Positions 1 to 12,516 of a stretch of DNA of 64,000 bases are shown piece by piece. The notes beneath the pieces are model-generated. The model did not search any database. It was not told where the DNA came from and saw only the letters and a list, made by a program, of their open reading frames with translations. The stretch's first letter is position 1. Each line of letters opens with the position of its first letter. The stretch is from Callorhinchus milii. Lineage: Eukaryota. The stretch is from positions 34,412,001-34,476,000 of the forward strand of contig NW_024704742.1 in the NCBI RefSeq assembly GCF_018977255.1, given 5' to 3'. A program made the position numbers and the translations under genes.

Positions 1-1319
1 TTGAATAACATTTTAAAATGTTTTCATGCCGCAGTCCTGGTCGGTTGCTGTACACCTGCCGATGGGTTAAAATTCTGATCATCGCCTCACTGGAATACAA
101 TAAGATCCCAATAATGCAACGTTTGTATGTCCCGCTTGACCAAACGTTGTTTACAAGTGCACTTGCACACAGCAGGACTGGTTATTTACATTGCAATAAA
201 TTGGCCATTTGCATATTGTGAGGTTCCAACTGAATTTATATTTATGGAACCGTAACCTGGATTGAAAATCATCAGTCGTTACCAGCGTCTGCTGAAGACT
301 TGCTTGAATTCTGTTTTAATTTAAAGGGTGGGCAATGGTAAGTTGCTGTCCTCTTGATGATAGGACATCCTAAATTGTTCAGAGCGTTTCTTTGAACAAA
401 TAGGCTATTCGACATACAAGCGAGACATTTGGAAGCAATAATGATTTATTACCGCAGATCCATTCATTATTATTTGTGTGCAGTTGTGTTAGCGGTTCCA
501 TGAGCAGACATTCTGTAGCGTTATTCATTAGTATTCTGAGCATTGCTTTAAAGAAAAGGAAGAAATTGAAACCGAATAATGAGAGAGACATGTTTTTTCT
601 CCTCCAAGTGATTTTTTTTTGCAGTAGCATTTAAAAATATTTAAGGCTGATCAGCGCAAAATGTAAATACGCTCTTGTTTTTAATACAAAATGTCTTCAA
701 TTTTATAGCTTAAAAATGTCGATTATCGTAACAGCAAAAACATTTTAAACGATATTAATTTACAACACTGTTACTTGACCATTGTACACTTACATACATG
801 CACATGCATCTCTGTATATGCACTTATCAGAGCCGCGACGTAACATGATATGAAATAACAGATGGAATTATGTTAATCCAGGCTTCAGGTGTTTGCAATA
901 TGTACAGTATATGTGTGCGTGTGTGTGTATCTGTGTATATACCATGAACATCAAGTGATATACTAAAGCAGAAATGCGTCCACGTTTGCAGGAAATATTT
1001 TCGAAGTGCTGTATTCGGAATTTTATATATTTTTGAAGATCTGATTTTATTGCGGGCAGACGATTCCCACTGCTTGTGTGGAGGGGGTGGGGGTGGGGGG
1101 GGGAACTAGCGTTGTTGCAGGACACATACTCGTTGAGTTCCACATTAGGTTGGAAAAGCAGCAAAAAAACGATTACCATGATGATGACATGCAAACTCTC
1201 CGAAATTATCATAAGCAAACATTTGAAGCCTGGGCTAATAAAATCCCATCTGTGTTACTTCATATCGAGTTAGTCCACAGCTCTGATAATGAATTTTGTA
1301 ATATCCCACCGACAGACAT

Positions 1320-1670
1320 CTCAATCAGGCACTAATCCTGCGATTTTACTGCTGAATCGCTAAATATCCAGCAGGCAAACTGCAGCGCTTTGGCCGTGCT
1401 TTCGCCTCTGGTTCAGAAAACAAGAAACAGATTAAATCGTGTGAAATCGCTGGTGTTTGGGATGAGGTTGGCCACGGGACACCGGCTGCCATGGCGCAGA
1501 GTTTCTCGTTGAAACGACTGCAACGTCGCTTTTGTCTGTCTGGTACATTTGTGTGTGGGGCCAATGCTGTAGGTGAGGTGTGAATCCACAAACAAATAAC
1601 ACGAGCAGAGTGATAGCGATTAGGGTAAAGGCACACGTACAACCAGGACACATGCAAATTGATGCATTTT
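1320..1670 (+). promoter_or_regulatory. Candidate Pitx2a/b promoter and upstream exon (donor AG|gtgagg at 1572/1573)
   Basis: CpG-enriched relative to flanks. TAATCC 1333-1338, AATCCACA 1583-1590, octamer ATGCAAAT ~1652. Good splice donor 536 nt upstream of the 2109 acceptor. Confidence 0.45.
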
Positions 1671-2128
1671 ATTCCAACGAAATCAGAATCACACCATGTA
1701 AGCCAGTGCGAGGGTTTGTCTGTACGGTTACAACTCGATAAGATTGCGTTTTGTAAATGTAGAGATTTCCAGTTCTACTGAGGGTGGGGGGGGGGGGTGG
1801 GGGGAGAGGATATTTCAACTCCAGGGCACAAAAAAATCGCCCACTTGGGCGGTTTCCTATCAGGAAATATTACACACAAGGTCACTTTGTTGTTTTGACT
1901 GTTTTTTCACCCCAATGCTACAGTCTCCCCCCCCCCCCCCTCCCTCCCCCCTCCCACCCCCCCACCACCACCAGTACGTTGTGGAATTACTGCAATTATA
2001 AAATATGACGACTTGTGCTGTGTCTTCTTTTTGGTGCCAACGGTGTCACCTGGGATTATGTGTCTGACAGTAAATACAGTCTATTTCTCTCTCCCTCTTT
2101 CTCTGCAGATAAAGCTGTGACTGGAGGT

Positions 2129-2174
2129 ATGGATTCCAACTGTCGCAAGCTTGTATCGGCTTGCGTCGATTTAT
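2129..2174 (+). CDS. PITX2: PITX2 isoform a/b first coding exon (exon 2109-2174), MDSNCRKLVSACVDL + 1 nt
   Basis: Polypyrimidine tract with ctgcag acceptor ending 2108, ATG at 2129, donor gtgagt at 2175. Peptide matches the vertebrate Pitx2a/b N-terminus METNCRKLVSACVQL. Confidence 0.93.
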
Positions 2175-3563
2175 GTGAGTAAATCAGTATTTCCCCCCCC
2201 CACCCACCCACCCCACACCTTTTATATCGTTGGAGAAATGAACTCCTCTGCGGGTGCTTGTTAATCCTTGTGCAGAATTTAGCCCAATTCTTGACACTTA
2301 ACTGCGACTGTCTTATGCATCATTGATTGTTGTACAGTTGAGAGCCTTTTTTCTCTGAACTCCACTATTTCCCGTATATCCAGCCACCAGCGTCCCCTGG
2401 ATAGCATAACCACACACAATTGTCATTTCGAAGCCAACCTCAGGCTTAGCCGAATTGATATATCAATACATATTTTTTTTTAAATTCATTTTAGGTGGTG
2501 CAATTTTTTTAAAAAAAAATAGAAAATAGTTCCCAGGTATAAAATGACTTTGAATGTGTTGGTAAATAAAGCATCGGACAAAATTAAACGGAAGATATAC
2601 ATTTTTTTATACAGGTGCGAAAACCAATGGTGGTAATTATTCGGCAAAAAATGAAATACAATCTATATATTTATTGCATTGGATGGCCATGTGTTTTAAA
2701 TGTATAAGAGTTATGTGTGTGTGCCTTTATTGTAAGCCTGAAATTGCAGATACCGATTGAGATATTAATCTGTGCAGAGTGACGCGCGTTGGTGATGTAA
2801 GTGGCGACATTAATTAAACAGACGCCAAGAGAGAGAAATCTTTGCTCTGAGTGCCATCAGCATCGTTCTACCCCCAGTCAATGTGCATAAACATTATTTT
2901 GCTGCTTCTCGCCCTAATGCGAGATCTAACGTCTTTAGTCCGGGATAGGGACATCAGTCAATGCCTCACAAAAAAACAAAATCAAAAGAAAACATATTGG
3001 GTTTCAGTGTTGCAACGAAAAAGTGCATAACATTATTAATGCCGCACAGCAGTAATGTGCATAAAGGGCTTGTTTTGATTTTAAATAATGTAAACAGTTA
3101 CATTTTACTATTCCACAAGCCAATGCCGCAAAACTATCGAAATTAAGATCTATTCAAATGCAAACACAGAAGAAATTATCTTTTAAAATGATTGTGCTTT
3201 CCATCAAATGCAGTACAGATGTTCTGTGCAATTATTGCTACCCACACAGAAGTTTATATCTATTTCTCATATAGTCTTACTGTTGCTTACTGCAGACATT
3301 CTTATATTATTTATTTGTAATCGCTTGGTAAGATTCATTCTGACGATTTCTGGCTCGATTGCTTTTAAACGTGAGATGTGTACGTCTGGAAAAAAAATGG
3401 ATCCCTGGTGTGCAGAATCGGTAGGAATGGTCGGATCTAAAAATTGGTGGGGATTGTTTAGAAATGTTGAAGGCCTAACAGCCACTGGCCAACGCGTTGC
3501 AGTGAAAATGTTTATAATCACATTACGTGATCTTTGTTGTTTCTGTGCCCATCTCTCTTGCAG

Positions 3564-3698
3564 CATCGCAGCCCTCTGCTATGGAGTGTTTATTTACGAA
3601 GGGCACCGAATTACGGAAACCTGAATTAACTTCTGCAACCGAAGCCGGAAACAGCAGAAAAGAGAGCAAATTCCAAAGGCAGAACCTCGACTCCAATG
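3564..3698 (+). CDS. PITX2: PITX2 isoform b cassette exon (135 nt, phase 1-1)
   Basis: ctctcttgcag acceptor, G|gtaagc donor. Encodes (S)SQPSAMECLFTKGTELRKPELTSATEAGNSRKESKFQRQNLDSN(E), similar to mammalian Pitx2b VQPAAVECLFSKDSEIKKVEFT...SKFFPRQHPGANE. Confidence 0.9.
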
Positions 3699-6600
3699 GT
3701 AAGCAAAATGGGAAAAAAAAAATGTCTCCAGTGCAAGTATATTCTCTTAATTCGAGCTCAGTCGGATCTGAAAGGTAACACTTTTGATAACTGTCCATTC
3801 TTTTGAAACTTACGTGAAAATTCAACCCTATGTTCTAAAGTAAACTTACATTTTTTTTCAGGTACAATAGTTACTTTATATTTTGTATTAGAGCGACCCC
3901 TGCAGTAACTTGGGTAAAGTGCAAGCTGTGCAAAATGCATCAGGGTTTATTTTGTATGCAAACCTTCCTTGTGCTTCCAAGTGTCTCGATCAAATGCAAT
4001 AACCAGGTGTTTACTATACAAAAAACACTCTATTTTCTTTCCTCGTGCCTAAATTCGAGCATATTGTGTTTTGCGAAACTTTGATTTCATATCTGCAGCA
4101 AAATACTGATTATTACCTCTCGGCTTGGCTTCATGTTATCCCTAAATAGCACTAAATGTTGGTGTTAAAATGTGGTAAATGAATGTTGCGAAAGTGGCAA
4201 TTTATTATGATCCAAACATGTCCACTCTCAGGGAGTGCAATTATTTTGAAAACTTTATTACCAACAGGTTAGTGTTCAATAGTAATGGGATTCTCAGGGA
4301 TTAAAAAAAACTCACATCAGATGTCTTTGTTGCAGAGTAAAGCGGTTATTCTCCACTTCTCATTTTAGTAATAATAATACCATGTTAATGGGCATATATG
4401 GCGTCTACATGTTATGTGCCAATCGATAATTTGATTTGACATTATGCTGCAAAATTAAGGATTAAATTGTTGATGTTTCAGTTTCAATATAAAAATGCCG
4501 GTAACTCAGACTCTGTTGTCTTTAGGTATCTTCTATATTTACTTTAAAATGATGATTCCCATTCACATTGGCTTTGCGTGACAAGGATTGCACTAAATCT
4601 GTCTGACATAATCCAAAAGTAAAAGTCGTTTTTGTCTGCTATCTCTACCGTTTAGATCAGTGATCTTACCTACACTCGAATTTCAGATGCATTTAATTAA
4701 CTGTTTTACCCAATATTTCATGATATGTACCGCAATATGACATGAAAATAAATTGAAATAGGGCAAACAGTCAATCCGTAAACTGTTATGGAATTAAAAG
4801 CCAATTTTCTGTAATTTGGCACTGTATCATTTCCGATGTCGCCAATAGTTTCAAATTTTGGATGCAGGACCTTTTGTTTGTATATTTCTTCTTATTGCTT
4901 CTTGTAATTTCTCTCCGGCCTTACACGAAATGTAAATTTCATTATATAAACGACATTTTTAGTTACAGCGATGTCAACATATATTCATGCGTGTGAAGTA
5001 GTTTTTTAAACGTCGCAGAGTCTGTAGTCTGTATTCCCATTTTTTTCCAGTTTGTTGACCTTAAGTGATACAGTAGTGTGTAGCAATAATAAACTTTTAT
5101 CCCTTTGGGTATATTATTATTATAACACAGTTGGAATGAAGTGTGATGTAAGTATCATCCATTTAATAGTCTGGAAGCCCCATATGATGTATGCAGTTGT
5201 GCGGGTGAAACATAGACACTATAAATATAAAATATATTCCCTGATTGGTTTGACTATACATTTTTAACAACTTATTGCTTTGCTGGTGCACATTGCTTTG
5301 TTTTTGGAACGACGAAACACTACAGCAATTTATCTTTGAGTTCCTTATTTTATAATGCTTCTCTATTTACTTTGGTAATCCTTTAATCTATAGTAGCATT
5401 TTGTATGGTGAGCTGTGTAAAACGGGACAGCAAATGGCGTTGATTGCAAGGGACTGATTTAAATGGAATTTTTCCCATATACGACGGGTGACACAATGCG
5501 GTGGACGTTTCATTTGTATGTATAATGAGCATGTGCATTTAAGGGACAACGGGAAATCTGTCAAATATCTACAAAAGAAAGTCCCCCCCCCCTTATAAGG
5601 TCGCTTTACTCTCGATCTGTTTTGTACAGTGTGCGTAATATATGCAGCAGTTGTTAGATTGACTCGAGGGAAAACTAAATGTATAATGAAAGCTTATTCG
5701 TGAGTAGGAATATACTAATGGAACAATTTGATGTCTTCTTAATCCTTTGTAAAAAGCTTTGACGTCTTCCTAATATTGACTGAATGGGTAATTAATGACT
5801 CTTCATCTTGGAGAATACTCAGTAATCCAAGATAGGCAAAAGACAACAAACCCAATGTATAAGACAACAAGACAGACTCAAATCAACCCAAACAGCGTCA
5901 ATTCATCCGTTTAACGCATTATAAGTTCTGGGAGCAATCCCTCGATAAATATGTGTAAATATAACCAAAAACAGAGACAAGGCCACGAAGCTGCTAATGC
6001 CATAATTCGAACCTTTACACGCCTAAAAATCACCATCATCTGATCTGAACAAGCAATCCAGCAATTGGATTTTTAATGTTTTACAACTGCAGATCGAGTA
6101 CAATTTTGTGATCATTCTGCTCCCCATTTGCTCAAATGGGAACTGCGGGTTAGATTTTGTTCAGTCATTACATTTGTGTTTGTTGAGTGCTCCTCCCTTG
6201 AGTTCGCTATTGTAAAAATGTTGAAATTGTTCAATGACCCCAAAGGAACAATAATCTGTGGTGTTTGAGTGCCAGTCCGTTTATAATGCTGAATAAAGTA
6301 GATTAAAATTGCAATGAGTGCCACATATGCTTTACTGCGAATGCCAAGTTAAATTTGGAAAGACAGGCAGACAGACACATAGACAGACAAACAGAAACAG
6401 ATAGACACACAGACACACGGAGACAGACGGAAACGCACTGAAAAAAAAATGTGCAAACTGGCTTTCTTGTCAGTTTTTCAGATAGATTTTAGGAACATGA
6501 ATGAATAAACGCACTATAGAGAGAGAGAGAGAGAATTAGACGGGCCGTGGGGGTGGGGGGGGGGGAACTGTGTCACTAGTTATTCACTATTTCAGGTGTA

Positions 6601-7069
6601 ACTTACACAAATAAGCCATTTTTCTTCAATATTATGGTAAGAAGTCTGGAAAGACACACGCGCCAGGACAACTTATGTTTCATACGGTCACCTTGATATC
6701 CGAGACCATTCAGCTCAGCGCAAAAGTATATATTTTTAATGCTCGACATAATTATGTTTAAAAGACTGCATTTATAATGTACTACACGATGTTCAGCTGG
6801 TATCTATTAATTATTAAAAGCTCAAGAATAAAGAGAATTTCTCATACATTATACGTTAAAAGCATAAAATAACGAAAACGACGTTATTATTATTATTATT
6901 GCTACTATTATTATTGCTATTATTATATCAATTCCAGACATTACAAACGCACAATTTTATACACATTTTGGCCGCTTGTTTGAAGACATGGATTCTTAAA
7001 AAAAACAAAATAAAAGCTCTACGAGAATTACCCCTCATCCGAAAGAGAGGGAAAAAAAACTAATAAGAT

Positions 7070-7240
7070 TGTTTTGTCAGCTGACAACCTTTTTAAATAT
7101 TATTTCACCAGGGAAATCAAAGCTTCGACTTAGATTATAGGTCTTTTTGGTGGGATTTATGTGATTTACGGTAACCATAGCAACTAATGCTGAATGTTAG
7201 CGGCCCAATTTTTCAGCACAAAACTAGTAGACCTTTAATC
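7070..7240. promoter_or_regulatory. Candidate intronic enhancer / conserved non-coding element
   Basis: Dense motif cluster: palindrome TTGTCAGCTGACAA, ATCAAAG, TGATTTAC, RFX-like GTAACCATAGCAAC. Confidence 0.5.
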
Positions 7241-8654
7241 AAACGGAATGGATGGGTGGGTGCCTGCACCTTCCCACCTTCGGTGAAACATGCACGATGC
7301 ACATCTTGGTGCTTTGGGGAGAAATGGGCGTTGTTTCGTTGCATTGTGAAAGAACAGATGAAAGCCACCAGGTAATAAACAGCGACTCACTGCATAAAGA
7401 TTATTGTAGTAACATTCCCCATGACAACAGTAATACTCGGTTCGATTACTGTCCCTCAACTGGGACAAGCAACCCAACCCTGATCTGAACCCAGCACAGA
7501 CTATTTTTTTATTTTGTAAAAAAATGTTTTAAAACACACAAGTCCTGACAAGATAAAGCGGTGCTCTGTAATCTGGACTGAAAGTGGTTGATATCCTTCA
7601 GAGGAAGGGGCCTGACCTGGAAATTGCAAAGTAAGTGCTGAGGGATTGGATGGTGTGAATTTGCAATCGTTCATTGTGCTCACAGGTAGGAGCCGTGTTC
7701 CCAAATTACCGCCGCCCTTGAATCAACCCAAAGCAGGATATATGCATGCAATAGGCTAAACATACGAATGGGGAAAAAACACAAATAACTACTACGTAAA
7801 TGTCACAGATGAATGTGTATTTAAAAGGTGGCACGACGATTGATTACTGGATGAATTTTTTTAAAAAAAGGGTTGGATTAACCATGTGAAATCTTTTAAA
7901 AGGATGTCGAAACTTTATACTTCCAACGAATAAATGCCCGAGGGTCGGTGAATCCTTGCTTATCTATTGACGCACAGATGCAGAAAGGGTCAAATAGTTC
8001 GTATTTCCGTGCAAGATGTATGTCATTTCCAGCTTCAGGTTGATGAACTCAGGGAGGTGATAGCAAGTTCTGTCAAATTTCTAAATGCGGCGTCTCTACG
8101 ATATATCCAGCTCTCCTTAAAATGTCAACATCAACACGATGCCTTGTTTTCCCCCCAAAGAATTTCTTCCCCCATTAAAGTTGTCTTGCAAGATTGAGCT
8201 TCCAAAAAAANGCAACAACGATATATAAAAAANCACAGCGATGAGGTCGCGGTTACTGATTTTTTTTAAATCAGTTAAATAGACGTTTCTAAGCAAGATT
8301 GATATTCGCAAGTAAGGTTCAACCAGCATAAATCCTAGCCCAAAATGTAAAGGTAATAAACTAGCCAAACCACTTCATGGAAGCTAATGCAATAATGACC
8401 ATTAAAATTTACGATGGCCTGCAGTTTAATTGATTGACTGATGCCAGGCAGCGACGACAATAACACTTTTTTTTCAAAAAAATACGATTTTTAAATTGCG
8501 AGGATAGCGGATCATGAAATGCGCAAAATCGTCTCAGAGCGTTTAAAAAATAAAAGGCCAAAGCGCAATTATGGAAATTATGGAAACAGTGTCACCGTTT
8601 CCCACCACAGCGCCCGTTCCAACACTTACTTGACAAAGTTCACAAAATAAAATA

Positions 8655-8689
<35 letters not shown>

Positions 8690-11050
8690 GGGGGGTTCGT
8701 TCTTGAGGGAAATGAGAAATAAAACCCCGAAAAAAAATCGCGGCTATCTCCCCCCCAAAAATTGCGCCTTTCGTCTTGGAGTAAAAATGAACTAAAATGT
8801 GTTGTTCTGATCCCCATCTGAGCTGCGGAGCTCTTTAAAGCCACTTGATTTTTTTGTGTGTGTAAATCGTAGTCAATTGCATTCAAAGGTGCTGTGAAAA
8901 ATCCGAGGATAAAATGGCAAAGCAATCCCCAGCGAGGCTCAGGGGTTTATAGAAAAGGTTCCCGGGTTCACACTGATTTCCTCCCCAGGTCACATCCAAC
9001 ACCCGGGAAAGGAAATATTTACTTTGCGTCAGTACTTTATGATCATTGGGGAATTAGAAGAAATTCAATAAGAAAACTGCCAGAACCCCGTTTAAACCCT
9101 GTTTAAAAGACTTAAGCAAATTAGAGTCTTATCAGATTAAAAACCACTACAAATTTAAGTCCCGTCCTCTCCATCATAACGCCGTGGTTCTGTGAAATCT
9201 CAGGTGTAGATGCCATTAACGAGCAGAATACCGATTAGAGAGTCGGGATCTTGGACAGGAGAGGATGCAGCCGCGTATTTTATCACTGCTTTCTGTAGTT
9301 TGCGCATCTTGGGTGAAACGGTAAACACTGATGTCGGAATACCGAGAGAAGTAAATGTCAGACCCCGTGTCACTGCAAATCCTTCCTTATTAGCCTCGTC
9401 ACCAGTGTTCACCAGTCAGGTTAATCAGACCCGAGAAAAAAAAAAGCTTTCTGACTTTACATTTTGCAGCTGGCGTTGATCTGCTTTGCTTATTGAATCA
9501 AAACGTGTTTAAAGAACTACCACCGGATCGAATCGATCAGAATGTGTCGCCTTGGCTTGTTTTATTCACATCTCCTGTCCCGTCAAATGTAGAGTGAGAA
9601 AAAAACGGCGCTGTTGCTGGGAATCCAACAATATTGGATTTCTGTTCGCGAAACCAACTGAGAACGCGTTCATTTTTTTCTGGTAAATTTTAAACACCGC
9701 ACCGCAGGACATAACCCGCATTTTAAACTCGCACCATATTTGCAGGAAGAATACGAAAGGATTGGAAATGGAAATGCAATGTTAGCGATTATTGCTTCGT
9801 CATTTTGCAAGTTCAATTTTAGCTTTCAGCTTTCTAATGGTATTTACCGAAAAACAACATTATATATTTAGCATTATGTGGTGGACATTGAAAATGTCAT
9901 TCAAACTATGAACCATATCCAACGTTTAAACTTACTAGATACACGTAGGAAGGCTTTGCTTCGTAAAATAGTGTTTAAAAATTCTTGTCCTTGGTCTTTG
10001 TATTGATTTAACACCGCGTTACTAAAAACCATCCATCCCTCTGAAATGTCAACGTAACCTCCTGCAATATATTTATCCATGTAACATCATCCCTGCTCGT
10101 TTCTTCTATTTTTTTTTGCAACAATTAGACTTGACCATCAAATAGCATTAACATGCATTTGAAAATAGCTCTTTGGAGATTTTTCAACGGAAACTTACAT
10201 GATTTAGCGAACATCTTTCGAATCATGGTTCAAAATTGACGTGAAGAAAACGCCTTAGTGCATTTTCCACCCAAACCACCCCCCACTGTTATACAAGTTT
10301 TAATTTCTTAACATTTCTCCGAATTGCTGCTGAATGTTCATGTTTCTTTCATCAACGTTGAGACAGACTGTCGCTCTGCTTGACTTTGCATATCTGTATG
10401 AGTTTCGAAACTTCCGAAAACAAGATCAATTAACACGTAACTTGCGCAAACATCAGTGGACTGACCGAAAGTGTTTTGTGTTGCTTCACAACATTTTACG
10501 AATCGCGTTTTCAAGACAGGTTGCGCATTCGTAAACCCTTTCTGTCCTGTTGGGAAAACACGAACTTGCTTTTTAATAGTACCTCATCAGGTACTAAATA
10601 TCTCAAAGGCTTCGCCAATAATTTCTGTCAAGCGATATGACTGTTTTGTAAGTAACGTTAAAGACGTTTGCTGCGTTGAGCAGACTTTTGCCAAATGTTT
10701 TTTTTGTGTTGTTGGTTGTGATGATGATGAGATGATGATGATGATGATGAGCAAAAAAAAGAAAGAAAATGTAACTTAAGAGTTGATGGAAACCGTCAAA
10801 AAACAAAGAGCGTTTTTTCTTAATAACCCATCGTGGGTTTTGGTGACGGTCTCAAAAAAATAAATAAAAGAAGAGAAAGCACGAGACGAAGTGCAGTAAA
10901 GTAAAGTAAAGTAAAGTAAAGACGAAGTAAAGTCAGTGCAACTTTACGTGGTGACAGTCAGTCAGTCCTGGGTCTCTACCCATTTCTCACGACCACCAGT
11001 AACACGCGCAGTGACACTCAAAAAAAAATAGGTGGGCAATTAATAATATA

Positions 11051-11186
11051 TTGCTGTGCGCAATTGGCTGCCGCGTTCGCCCACAAATATACAGTCAATT
11101 CACTTTACAGTGTGTTCCGTGAAGCGCTTTGGGACGTCCTCCCGACGTGAAAAGCGCTATATCAAATGCAAGGATTATTATTATTA
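11051..11186 (+). mobile_element. 5'-truncated young SINE (3' body and tail)
   Basis: About 2 mismatches to 41789-41926, with (ATT)n tail. Confidence 0.92.
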
Positions 11187-11399
11187 TAAATGCATCGAGT
11201 GAATGACCTGCACTTGATGTGACAAGTACAGGCTTTTTTATATAGGCTGTTTATTATTTATTTGTATTATATATTATTTTTTTTTGGGGGGGAGGGGGGG
11301 GTTGTTAAAAAGTGGCTCTCAGCAAATAACCCATCACTCACTTTGCCCCCAAGTCATTTGTTGTCCACTCAAGAAAGTCAGAGACATCTTTCCAGGTGC

Positions 11400-12308
11400 A
11401 TTATGGGTCCGCTCTCCTCCTCCTCCTCCGCCCACTCTGTCCGCTGCGCGCGCACGCGGGTGACGACACACTAGCCCCTCCCCCCCCACCCACCCCAAGC
11501 CCCGCCCCGCCGGGCTCTGATTGGCGCGGTGACGTGCTGAGCGCGGGCTCGCGGACCGCCCCCTTTTCTGCCACCGCGGGGGCCGGGGGGGCGGCGGTGT
11601 CAGTCGGCGTGAGTGACAGCGGAGGGGCGGAGCCGGCGGGGAGGCGGCGGCGGCGGGGGGCGGTGGGGGGGGTTATCAGGGGGGAAGCTCCGCTCTTAAA
11701 GCCACTGGCAAACAAGGCGACTCGTTTGCAGCAGCCGCAAGGCTTGAGCATCCTTTTTCTCGTTACCTGTCTCCCCCCCACACCCACCCACCACCCACCC
11801 ACCACTCCCCGTCACAGTCCTGTCAGCCCCGGATAATTCATTCATCTGTACCCTCTGCCGGTTCCTCCTCCTCCTCCTCCTCCCTCTCCTGCTGTGCAGC
11901 AGCAGCAGCAGCAGCGGCGGGCGGGCGGGCGGGTGGGTGCCGGGGGCTGCCATGAAGGCGGCAGCAGCTCCGACAGCGACTCGTTAAAAAGGAGAGCCGT
12001 TACCATTTTTACGAGAGGAGAGCGCGCAACTGCAGCTCCTGCCTGGAATCACCACCCCCCCACCCCCACCCCACCCACCCACCCACCCACCCTTTCCCAC
12101 CAGCACCGACTCTCTCTGCCCACTCCCAGATCGCAATCTCAATCGGGGACTTGTGTTTGGTTTTTTTTTTGTGCACACCCGCATATACACCCGCACTCTC
12201 ACCCGCACTCTCACACACTCACACACACACACACACACACACGCGGGTTCCGAGGAAACTTTAATCCTCATCGAAAGCGACGCCCGGGCAGGTTGCAATC
12301 GGTTTTAG
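11400..12308 (+). promoter_or_regulatory. CpG-island promoter and 5' UTR of Pitx2c
   Basis: Very GC/CpG-rich, multiple GGGCGG/CCGCCC boxes, inverted CCAAT (ATTGG ~11520), TGACGT ~11530. Directly upstream of the c-specific ATG. Confidence 0.8.
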
Positions 12309-12516
12309 ATGAATTGTGCGAAAGATCCTTTGAATTTGGACCAGTTTAGCAGCAGCAGCAGCAGCAGCAGCGGCGGCGGCGGTAATAAATTGGTCCGGGA
12401 TCAATCGGCTTCTTCTTCTGTCATGGCTTCTGGTTTGCAACCGCTGCGAACGAGTGAGCCCAAGCACCGGCTCGAGGTTCACACTTTATCGGACACCTCC
12501 AGCCCTGACACCGGAG
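12309..12516 (+). CDS. PITX2: PITX2 isoform c first coding exon
   Basis: MNCAKDPLNLD...MASGLQPLRTSEPKHRLEVHTLSDTSSPDTG matches Pitx2c MNCMK...KHRLEVHTISDTSSPE. Donor G|gtaagg at 12517, phase 1. Confidence 0.96.

Noticed and set aside
11396..12349. Several 130-150 aa ORFs on both strands
   Set aside because: GC-rich, stop-poor promoter/UTR sequence with low-complexity products and no recognisable homology.
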